This document shows positions 40,050 through 52,000 of a stretch of DNA of 64,000 nucleotides, piece after piece. Below the pieces are notes generated by a model. It saw only the letters and a list, made by a program, of their open reading frames with translations. It did no database searches and had not been told where the DNA came from. Each line of letters starts with the position of its first letter. The stretch's first letter is position 1. The position numbers and the translations under genes are program-made. The DNA comes from Macrostomum lignano (lineage: Eukaryota), in the NCBI GenBank assembly GCA_002269645.1, contig NIVC01002259.1:62001-126000 (forward strand), in the 5' to 3' direction.

Positions 40050-43000
40050 TTACTCATCGCGCGGCTCATCGCCTTCCGCTCCCGCCGCGTCATCTGCAGC
40101 GGCCGGAGCGGCGGCTTCATTCTCTTCCTCACCTGGCGCCGCCGCCGCGGCCGCTGACTCTGCGGCCTCAGGTGCCTCAGGCTCCGCTTCAGCTTCGGCT
40201 CGGGCTTATCCTCAGACTCAGGCTCAGCTTCAGGTTCCGCTTCAGGCTTCGATTCGGCCTCCGGCTCGGCTTCAGGCTGAGGTTCATCAGCTTCAGTCTC
40301 CGGCTTAGCCTCATCAGCTTCAGCCTCGGATTCTGGCTCAGCCTTAGCCTCCGGTTCAGTCTCGTCCTCGACCGCCGCCGGTTCCGCGGGTTCCTCGCTT
40401 TCACCCTCCACGGGTTCCTCGCTTTCACCCTCCGCGGATTTGGCCTCGCCCTGTTCCTGGCCACTCTTGCGCATCTCGGCCACCTCTTTGCGAGCTTGCA
40501 TGCCTACAAGAATCAAGCAGCGTATTTTATAATAAAAATCACACTAGCTTTACATTTTGCTTGAAGCCTGTGGAAACGGATAGAGAGTAACGGATACTCA
40601 CCGCGGAAACCAGCCTGAATTTTGGAAGCCGCCTGATTCTGAGCCGGATCGTTGGGATCCACGGCATTGGCGGCGTCCGAGTCGGCTTCGCCCTTGGCCT
40701 CGTCGGTCTTCTCCTCCTCCTCAGCCGCGGCCGGCTTCTGCTGTTACAATTGAGAAAAGAAATGAGTTGGTGTTTAGGGAGAGTTCGGGTTCGAGCGTCA
40801 AGTGCCGGGGTTTCTGCGGCTAAGGCTGTTTTGCAGTTTTAGTATAGTAGACTAGCCATTTGCTCCCCCTTAAATAAATGCAATCTATAAAATCTAGAAA
40901 TTCAGACGCACAATGCCTCACGACTCTCCAGCCTCAAAATTACTTCCAGATCCATTTAGAAACTGCTTGGGTGTCATCTCACCGTCTCAGGGCTCGAAGA
41001 GGATCTCAGATTAGAGAAGAAGGCGATCAATTTTTTCACCTGTCCGTCTTTTTGACAGCTGGCCATGGCCTAATAAATATATTCTCTTATTTAAACCAAA
41101 CTAATTCTCGCTAGCAAAAAAGCAGAAAAGGTAAAGGATTTGTTTCGTCTTCTTCTTGTTCCGTGAAGAAATCAGCGCTGATAACTAAGCAAAATGCCGC
41201 TCTATTGGTTATGAAGTAGATGAGATTTGCATTCACTAAAACCTCGCTCTTTATTGGCCGTCGCAAAAGGAACGCCAGAAATGAGGAAAAGGTGCGAAAC
41301 GAATAGGGCAAACACGGAGCGCGGTGCGCAGTTCTGTGTTTTACAATTTGCAGCAAGAGGAGAGCTTTGAGTAACAGAGGGAGAGAATGCAGGGCTAGCA
41401 TTGGCGCCATATGGCGTATACAAGTGAGATTTTTGTGACCTCTACTAATGCATTCGCCCATTAAATGCTCTAGAAAGCTTGTCTGCAAATAACAAAGCGA
41501 CTTGGAATTTATTTCTTGTAATTTTTTAATAATACTACTCTCGTAGTTCGAAAACCTTTTAGTCCTCTCCCTAATGTCTTTTAAATATGCAAAAAACTAT
41601 TAAATTTCGCGAAGAACACCTTCCGATAATCAGGTAAAGCGCGAAATCACTAAGCGGTTATTGTACTTGGCTAACAAAAATGCAGTGAAATATTGAGCAG
41701 AGAAAGCCATAAAATCCAGTGCCAAGCTTGCCGTTAATAGTTGCAGAAATCTGACTCTTTGTAAAGGGGCAGGAAAAAACTGACGTTGGTCAAGTTCGAA
41801 TTCATGAAGCCAGCTTGCGAAATGCAGCAGGTTCTGGCTCCATTTTGTTATAATGAGCTGCGTAATGTTGTAGGCTGAGAAAATCCGATTTCAGATACAA
41901 AAATGCCTCTGTTGGCTTTCAACTAAAGCATATTGTGCGGCGGCTTCTATTGCAAAATTGCGACACAAAGCGAGGCTTAATAAAAAGTCAAGCCACTCCC
42001 GATAATTATGTCAGTAATCCGTTGCGACCTCGAAGTCTCGTGAAGAACCATCAGCCGCTGATGACTCGACGGGCGCAGAAAAAGTCTCATCGACCCGTGA
42101 AGACTCAACTGCAGCTTCATCTGCAGCCTCCTCAACCGGTGAAGACTCAACGGCGGCTTCATTAGCAGCCTCATCAACCGTTGAAGACTCAACTGCAGCT
42201 TCATCAGCAGCCTCCTCAACAAGTGAAGACTCAACAGTGGCCTCATCAGCGGCCTCATCAACCGGTGAAGATTTAACTACAGCTTCATCAGCAGCCTCCT
42301 CAACCGGTGAAGACTCAACAATAGCTTTATCAGCAGCCTCCTCAACCGGTGAAGACTCAACGACGGCTTCATCAGCAGCCTCATCAATCGGTGAAGACTC
42401 AACAATAGCTTCATCAGCATCATACTCAACCGGTGAAGACTCAACTGCAGCTTTATCAGCAGCCTCCTCAACCAGTGAAGCCTCAACGATGGCTTCATCA
42501 GCAGCCTCATCAACCGGTGAAGACTCAATGACGGCTTCATCAGCAGCCTCATCAATCGGTGAAGACTCAACAATAGCTTCATCAGCATCATACTCAACCG
42601 GTGAAGATTCAACAGTAGCTTCATCAGCATCATCCTTAACCGGTGAAGATTCAACTGCAGCTTCATCAGCAGCCTCCTCAACCGGAGAAGACTCAACAAT
42701 AGCTTTATCAGCAGCCTCCTCAACCGGTGAAGACTCAACGACGGCTTCATCAGCAGCCTCATCAACCAGTGAAGATTCAACAGTAGCTTCATCAGCATCA
42801 TCCTTAACCGGTGAAGATTCAACTGCAGCTTCATCAGCAGCCTTATCAATCGGTGAAGACTCAACGTTGGCTTTATCAGCAGCCTCCTCAGCAGGTGAAG
42901 ACTCGGCAACCACGGCGGTCTGCAGATCTACCGTCTCCTCAACGGGTGCAGACTCGGCAACCACGGCGGTCTGCAGATCTACCGTCTCCTCAATGGGTGC

Positions 43001-46000
43001 AGACTCGGCAACCACGGCGGTCTGCAGATCTACCGTCTCCTCAATAGGTGCAGACTCGGCAACCACGGCGGTCTGCACATCCACAACCTCATACTCATAC
43101 TCGGTGTCAAAAGTAAGCAAAGCCTCGAATGCAGCCACTTTGTCATTAATTTTAGAGTCAAAGGGGGCTGACTCGGCAATGCTTGTTGTCTGCTTGATGC
43201 TGGGTACCGCACCAGAGGGAAATGGTTGCTAGGGGAAGAGAAATAAAACGGGGGAAACTTAGAACGCATATAAACATACCTGCTTATAATTAACAGCAAA
43301 CTTGAGAATATGGAAAATTTGATGTCAGTGGGAAAATCTTCGATTTATTAGCCTAACAAGATGCAATAATTTCATACCTCAAGTTTTCTGCAAGAAATCT
43401 GTAAAGAAATTTGCCATCATGAAGCTTGACCATAATGAAACTGTGACACACAATATAGTGTACTTGATTCAGAAATAAACGTTTGTTTTAATTTAATCAG
43501 CTTCATTTTGGTAAAGAATCATGATAAGCATCACAGGTTTATCAAGGTCAAGTTTCAAAATCGATCCTTCACAAAGTTCTGCAACAAAGTTCTGAAAGTA
43601 CATGTAGTTGCGTAACCTTCTGTATTGGCACCAACTTTTGCAACAAGATGCTTTTAAAACTCGCCAAAGCGTTGCTTGCAACTGAAGAAGTTGGACGAGA
43701 GGCTCGCTTGTAGAAAATTTTTCAAGTGGGGCAGACCAGGGTCGCCTCATGGTTAAAACAAACGGATTAACCAAAGAGGCTTCTACCTGGTTAAGTACAC
43801 GCCTTGGAATCATTGAAAAGTATAAATTATTTACGACAAAAATAGCAAGAAAATATGCAATTTATGGTCTAATAAAGAAAAGGAAAATTCAAGCAAGAAC
43901 TGCACTGGTTTCTAACCTCTTCCTCGGCCTCTTTCTGCTCCGCCGCTTCGTCCTGCTGCTCCTGGCCTGTTTCGTCCTTCAGCTTCTTGCGAGTCTGATA
44001 GCCTTTGAAGCCGGCCTGGATCTTGATGGCAGCCTGGGCCAGCTCGGGATCGTTCAGGTCGATCTCCTCCTCTGGGTTCTCCTGCTAGATGGGGATTGGG
44101 AACAAATAGAATAGTTAGTGAGCTTGCTCATCCCTTGGTTGCACTGAGCTCAGCTACGAGTCTACGACTCAGAATCTACTTAAGAGCTTAATAACACGTA
44201 TTTTCAAAATATTACATGTTTTTTTCTAAATTACTATTTAGAATGGTATGAGTTTTTGACTAGCTAATGTATATTCTTGATGCTTTAGAAAGGTAAGGAC
44301 TATCGACTAGCTAATGTACATTCTTGATGCTTTAGAAAGGTAAGGACTATCGACATGCTAATGTATATTCTTGATGCTTTAGAAAGGTAAGGACTATCGA
44401 CTAGCTAATGTACATTATTGATGCTTTAGAAAGGTAAGGACTATCTACTAGCTAATGTACATTCTTGATGCTTTAGAAAGGTAAGGACTATCGACTAGCT
44501 AATTTACATTCTTGATGCTTTAGAAAGGTAAGGACTATCGACTAGCTAATGTATATTCTTGATGCTTTAGAAAGGTAAGGACTATCTACTAGCTAATGTA
44601 CATTCTTGATGCATTAGAAGGGAATGAGCTATAGCCTGGCTAATGCACATATAATGCAAAGGTAAGCTTGCTTCATTATACCTGAGGCTCCTCGGCCGCC
44701 TGCTCCTGAGCCTCGTCCTGCTGCTGCGGTTTCTCAGCCTCTTCGCCAGCATCCGGGGCCGCCTCCTTGAATGAAAGAGAGAATTAGAATTAATTTTCAT
44801 ATAAAGCTGCGCTCTACTCGATACGAAATCAAACTGAGACAAAGACAACAGAGAGAAAACTAGGCTACGTGTGAAAAGTGGAAAATGTTAACAAAATGAC
44901 AGTAAAACGAATATTTGGTGAGGTTTAAATTAATATTTTATTAGTAGGGGGGTTACCTTGCTGGCACTCTTGCGACTCAGCGGACCCTTTGACGAGCGCT
45001 CTCGATCGCCAAAGCAACACAGAAGAAATGAGCTCATGCTTCTGAGCCAATAAGTTATCTGAGTCTACACACCACTGGCTTAAGCTATTTGACACTAATT
45101 TGTTTTCTCTGCACAGCTGCACCTTTGTTAATTTGGCGGCAAAAAGTGCACATGCGCCGCCGAGCAATAGCAGGCTTGAGGGTGAGAGTGAGTGAAATAT
45201 CGGAAGCAGGCCAGGAGCGAGAGGCCGAACGCAGAGAGCTTATATTTATGCATTTTATCCGCTGCAGGGTCTCGACTCTCGCCAGCTGAAAACTGTCTGA
45301 CTTTTGGAATAGGAGAGCCGCACGGCCTCACCTGTGCGCGCAGGCCCGCTTCAGTTTTCAGAACTTCTCTCTCTCTCTCTCTCACACTCAACCCTGAATG
45401 CTGTATCCATCGGACCTACAGTTTACTCACACGCCGGAAGCAGATATTACCAATTGATAAACTTGGGACTTCCGTGTGCAAGTAGTCTGACTTAAACATC
45501 CCTCACTGTAAGATTAGTGATGAGCCTCTTACAGCTGCCAGGTGCACAGTCAGGTGGATGACTTAAAACGGTTTGAACGCGCAGGACCTACTGCAGCATC
45601 GCTCGATAAAATTCTAGTCAAGTTCTCCAAAAATAAACCCCGTTGCCTGCTTTCAAATAAACAGCCACTTGTACGGGACTGCCAAATGGAGGCAACTTAG
45701 CAGTTCTTGTGCTGTCAAATTAATAATTCATGGATACTTCTGCTCCAGTTGGACGGTAATCACCACGGAGATTAATTATAGCCTTTTAAGATTTGAGAAG
45801 ATTTGATAGAAGTCTATGCACAGGTGCTGTACAAGAGTGCATAAGCACAGGCAATGTGTACTTTTTGGCAAGGAATTTGCTCTATAGAGTTTCTATGCTC
45901 TATAGTGAGTTAGTAGCGGTCAATTCTGAGCTCTTGTTGAGTCTTGTAACAAGTTGGCTTAAATTCACGGTTGCTGAAGGTTTGCCTAGAAAAGCACAAT

Positions 46001-49000
46001 GAACGAAAAATGCTTTCCAGTGTTAATTAGCGAGCTGTTAATATTGGGATTATGTGAATCTCAACAACACAATGGGACAAAAAACACGGAATAAACTATT
46101 ATCGGTCTCCATGCAGCCTAGAGCTCTTGTTAATAGGCACGAATTGAATTCGGAAACAAAGGAAGGTGATTGAACGATGCAGCATTGAAAGCAAAGCAGG
46201 CATCCCAAACGCTTTGATAACTACAATGTAACAATACGCATAGTAGATGAACTCTACTCAAGTGCTCCCTGCTTGGTGACTGGCTACCAGGGACCCTGGA
46301 ACTCTGAAAACTTTACTTTGTTTCCTTTTTAATCCGAAAACAAATACTTCTGCGCACTTTTCTCTGTGAAAATCTCTAAAATTTCTTCGAGTTCAGTCTT
46401 CCAGTCCAGGGCAGTTCCAGTTGTCCCTGATAATTACTAAGTCAGTCAGTAGTAAAAATGATAAAAGCTAGTACTAATAAAATTGGGACTTAGGAAACTA
46501 AAACAAACTCGGCACTGGGTAAGTGCCAGTGACTGGGAACGCTCGAGCGGCATAGGATACCTTTCCTGTTTCTGCGGAGTTAGCGTCCCCGGAGCGGGAC
46601 TTATGGCTGCTCCATCCGCGTTGAATTTTGACAGCAGCCGCCTGCACCTCTGGGTCGTTCAGATCTATATCTACCTCCTCTTCACCGTCCTTGTCTCTAA
46701 TCTGTCCCGCGGGCTCTGGAGCAGACTCTTCAACTACATCAGGCTCGCTGACTTCATCAGCTTTCTTAGCCCGAGACTTGTGGCTGCTCCAGCCGCGTTG
46801 TATCTTGACGGCAGCTGCCTGAACCTCTGGGTCTTCCAGATCGATGTCTACCTCTTCTTCATCATTTTTCTTCTCTTCTTCCGCAGTTTCTGGAGCGCCC
46901 TCTTCAGCTGGCTTTGCTGCATCATCTTCATCAGCTTTCTTAGCCCGAGACTTGTGACTGCTCCAGCCGCGTTGTATTTTGACAGCAGCTGCCTGAACCT
47001 CCGGGTCTTCAAGATCAATATCTACTTCTTCTTCAACATTGTCCTTCTTCTCTTCCACAGATTCTTGAGCAGTCTCCTTAACAGCATCATCTTCATCTGT
47101 CTTATTGGCTCGAGACTTGTGACTGCTCCAACCACGTTGAATCTTGACAGCGGCTGCCTGCACTTCTGGGTCTTCAAGGTCAATATCTACCTGCTCCTCT
47201 TCGGCTTCGGCCTTTTTATCTTCAACCGGCTCGGGAGCAGTCTGTTCAACTGGCTCAGCTCCATCAGCGTCCTCAGACTTCTTAGAGCGGGACTTGTGGC
47301 TGCTCCAGCCTCGTTGAATCTTAACAGCAGCTGCCTGCACCTCTGGATCCTCCAGATCTATGTCTACTTCCTCTTCTTCATCGTGTTTATTCTCTTCCGC
47401 AGATTCTGAAGCAGTTTCTTTAACTGGTTCGACAGCTTCATCTTGATCAGTCTTTTTAGCCCGAGACTTGTGGCTGCTCCAGCCTTGTTGAATCTTGACA
47501 GCAGCTGCCTGCACCTCTGGATCTTCCAAATCGATGTCAACCTCTTCCTCTTCCTCAGCGTTTTTCTCAACCGGTTTAGCTTCATCAGCTTCATCAGACT
47601 TCTTAGGGCGGGATTTATGACTGCTCCAGCCTTTCTGAATCTTAACAGCAGCCGCTTGCACCTCTGGGTCTTCCAGATCTATGTCTACCTCTTCCGCAAC
47701 CCCCGGGTCCCCTGCCTCGGTCTTGGCAGCAGCGGTGCTTTCATCGGCTGCAGACTGAGCAGCCTCGACGGCTGCTGCTGCTGCCCTCATTGCCTGAAAG
47801 CGTCGCGCAAAAAATGTTCTTGCAGAGTGCGAGTACGCAATGTAGCTTGCAAAAACTAATGCTGTATATTAATTAGCCTTGACACGAACTATTTTTAGCG
47901 AAATAGACATAATTAGAGTTTAATTATTAGAAAGCAATTGTTAAAAAGCAAAGATGTTAAAAAAACAGTAGCGATGCATGATCATGGGGGTTTACAATAG
48001 ACAGTGCCTTATTGTGATCCGCTCATGTATTGACAGCTTATGTGGTAATTTAAATTGAAAATCCAGCTCACCTCTCGCTTGGCCTTCATATCCTTTCGGG
48101 TGCGGTAGCCCTTGTAGCCGGCCTGTATTTTCACGGCCGCCTCTTCCAATTCGTCCTTGGATGGGCCCTCGATGATTTTCTGTCGGGAGAGAGTTGAGAG
48201 TGCACATTTGATTGGTTATTTATTGTTGAAATGACTGCTAGATGTGCAAGAGACCGCTGTCGGGGAGCAGCAATAGCTGCTTGAACTCAATATTATGGAT
48301 AGAGGTGGTACAGACATCTTTAATGACAGTTCACAGCCATTTTTACCCAAATCAGTATTACAGTAAACAAAAATGAGCTGTAGAAATAGTAAAAGTCCCA
48401 ACAAACTGCCATGAATCAAATCGGGATCCAAAATTTGGGAATAATGATTAAATTAACTTTAAAGAAATATTTTAAGGGTTCAATCGTGCTTTCATTAAGC
48501 CAATAGGCTTATGGAAAGCTCTGCCTTCATTTACATTAGAGAACGTCCATATATGGAAATGAATACATTTTACTCTGAGCCATTCATTGCAAAGTTAGAA
48601 ACTTATGCTGCAAATTATCTAGAGCAAACAGCGCACAAATCCAAGTGAAACAGCGAAGATAACCTCATTTACAATCGCTGGCATTGTTATTTATATATTT
48701 CTTGATGTCTGACTGCATAAATACTTTGGCGTGGTAAGAAAGAGTAAGACGTGCATGGGCAAATAAAAATAAATAATATTTAAAGAAGTTAGAAGCGACC
48801 AAAGTCAACTGCAAAACTAATTGGGACCAGAAACGCAGACAGCAGATTGGGTACTTGGCGGTGTTCACGCGGTCCACACCCACACGCAAACTGCAACAAA
48901 CCAAACCGGGCTGTAGGCTCCCCTTTGCGTTGCCAAGCATCTCAGAATGAATATACATGTAAATACCGGCGTATGTGCGCAAATTTGTACCGACTATTTT

Positions 49001-52000
49001 GGGCACAAATGTTAATAATAATAGCATCACAATTCGTATTCGAATTCGGCTACAACTCTGCCAACTCTGTGTTTACTTTAGCTTGGTAGCAAACGCTTCG
49101 CTTGATACCAAACCGCCCGAACGCATTATTCTCTTCGCTCCCCGATGCCAATGAGTAGTAAGTAAAGCATTTAAATGCGCAGATAGTAGCAGTTTCACAA
49201 ATCAGTTTAGATAAGCCGTGAGATTCAATTAACTATGCAAGTTCAGACTTGCAATTTCCACCGTTTCGCCTTGTTTATACAACCGATTACAACCAAGCAC
49301 AGATTACGCAGAACGGGAGCAAGTAACTCATGAGTTTTGGCTTTGCGACCATGATAGCTTTTGGTCTAGGGGGAAGCTAAAGGGTAGGCTGGATTGATAA
49401 TGCGGGTAAATTGAAGCTTGAGATTGAGACTTGTTGATTATTCGCACCTTGGCTAAGCGCTGGATTGGCCAACGTCCTCCACCCCATCCTCACCCGCATT
49501 CGCTCCTCTCTGTCGTGAAACTCCTGCCTCGCTTCGGCTTCTCGCGTCTGGCGGTCGTAGAACCAGTCGGAGAATTTGACAGGCGACGGGGGCCCATTCG
49601 ACGGTGGCGAGAACTGGCGCGGCAGTGACTGCACCGTCGCTCGGTGCGGCGATTTCGGTGCGGCTCTGCTGGCCGGCTGCGTCTCAGCCTCGTCGCCGCC
49701 GTCTTTACCGACCACGCCACCATTCTCGGGCTTCGCGGCCAAGTATCGCTTCTTCAAAGAAGCCCATCTGTCGGCGTAGTTAATATTGTCTTGCTTGCGG
49801 AGGAAATCATACCGACTCATTGTGGCCGCCTTTTTAATATTGCCCGGCTTTGGTGGCGCCTGGTGCATGCTCTGGGACCTAGTCACAGTAATGGTCTCGG
49901 TGACCTCCGATGGCACCTCTGTTGCTGTCTTATCCGCATCCGGTTGACTCGGTGACTCGATAGTTATCTGAGGTGTCACGCGCACTTGTTTGTTGTCTAC
50001 AGTCTTACTGGCCGCAGGTGTGGGAGTCCGATCATTTTCACCGGTTTTCGAGCTAGCCTTCGGCTCAGGAGCATTGCTCTTTCCGCTTTTGCCGCCCGGC
50101 TTTGCAGCATCCTTGTTCTTCTTCTTGCGTCGACCGAAACAGCCCAGCATAGTTTGGCTTTAGACGAATTTCGTTGCCTCGTGCCTTTGTTAAGAGAATG
50201 AAGCTCTATGGAGAGCGCAAAGATCACCTGTCGATTGATGAGTAAATAGCGTCAGAAAATGCTGCCAACCTAGCCGCAGAAGAGGCTGCGCGCCGAGCTT
50301 AGCAACAAGAAATCAAGATGGGGTTGCTTGCCACTCGCCGCTAGCGCACTAGAGCCTGGTGTACAATGCCGGCATCCAGCCAGGCCAGCCAATGACGAAC
50401 AAGGAACCGAGAACTGACGTTATCGTAGAGGAGATATCGCACACACAATGAACGATTAGCTTGTTGCCAAACTGACTGGACAGGAGCAGTGACAAAGCGC
50501 TTGCGCCAAAGCTAAAATTCTGCGCAAATTTGCAGACAGCCACCCGGCTGAGGAGGGCTTACAGTCCAGGCAGAAGGAAAGTGTTTCACTACCTCTTCTA
50601 GTGCAGCTCTTTCCCTGCAACCAACGCGAGCTGAGCAAAGTGGGGCGGGTGCAGCGCTTTACTGTCTTCTGCTTTGGAACTCCTCTTCTTTTGCTTTGGC
50701 TTCTGTCTTCTGGTTGTGTCTTCTGCTTTTTTTATAAAAAAAAGTCGAACCAGCAGACCAATATGCAGCGTTCCGCAGAGCAGTTGAGTTGAATTGGCAA
50801 GAGCGGTTTGCTCCTGGGGCTCCGAATGAAGCGTTCTTCTTCTCTGTCTCTCTCTATTCTCTTTTTAGTTCTTTTTAGTGCAAATTTGTACAGCTCTGTT
50901 CTCTCACACACTCCGCTCTCTCCTCTCTCTCTCCTCGCATGCTTGTAGAACTCGATCTATGCCCAGCGACCAGTGGTGTAGGTGCTGCGCTGCGGTCTTC
51001 TTGGGAGGCGAGGGAGGATGGGTTGGCGCCGGCCAAGTGCGCCGGTACTGCGCAATAAAGAACTCAAGGTCTCGGAGGGGGCCCAGCCCGGTATATACCA
51101 GCCTCACCTCGCAGTCACAGCTCGTACTTGCCAGCCCGTTTCTAAGTGTCCATTTATACAAGATACGCATTAGTGTATATAGCCAACGCTTTAATTAGAA
51201 TTCACTTTGAGCCCAGGGCTGCAAGACAGCATGAATTGGAAGTTGGAACAGATACGTATTATATACAGGCGTATAGCTATTTTTCACAATATTAACGAGC
51301 TGTAATAATGAGTAGGTGGGGCTAAGTACAAGCTTAACAGCTGCACTGGCTAAACTGTCGATCCATTGTGTATTCTATTGTATATTAGTGATCAACTGTC
51401 CGAGTAATACGAATGAAATCGACGAGGAAATTCTATTGTACGTTTAATGAACAATTCCTTTTTATGTGTAGTTCTCTGACTAAATTACATGTACGAATTC
51501 AGATATTCGAATAACTCAGACTAGACACTCCGAGATTCAAGAGATTTATTAGTTTAAGGTGGAAGGAATAATTCGTTTGGTAGGTAATTAATTATGTGTT
51601 TTTGAGTCTGCATGGAGTGACATGGAGTGAAAATGACAATGCTTATAAAAAAACTCGCCAAACTGTGTTTTTGATAATAGCTATTTTAGTAGCGTGAGTA
51701 ACAGCAGTTGTTGTTGTCCCAGAATAATAGACTACATAGCACAGAGCCGCAGGCTATGGGAGGAGCGGCTCTTAACGGTTGTCGCATTAATGTACATTGC
51801 TCCAAATGAATGTACACTGGCCGCAATTAAGCCGAGACCCCTAGACGCCCAGCCCCGTCTCTCTGACCCAGACAGGCTAGGCTGGTGGAGCTCTCGGGTA
51901 AATATTGATTTTTCTCTCTCCCCCACTGTACGCGAAACCGAAGCAAACAAAGCGAGACTTGGGCTCGCCCAGGGGGCAGTGCGACGATAAATAAGCCCTG

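Noticed and set aside
41041-41070. 30-nt phase 0-0 candidate micro-exon (AMASCQKDGQ) in the SPA17-like locus
   Set aside because: Splice-like signals this short occur by chance; no further support
42237-43232. 331-aa Ser/Ala/Thr mucin-like plus-strand ORF
   Set aside because: Antisense of the acidic repeat exon, which has the acceptor and phase support
35324-44612. 38-bp and 47-bp arrays as possible CRISPR arrays
   Set aside because: No unique spacers, no cas genes, and a spliced eukaryotic context
46483-47409. 308-aa hydrophobic plus-strand ORF resembling a membrane protein
   Set aside because: Antisense shadow of the acidic IQ-repeat exon
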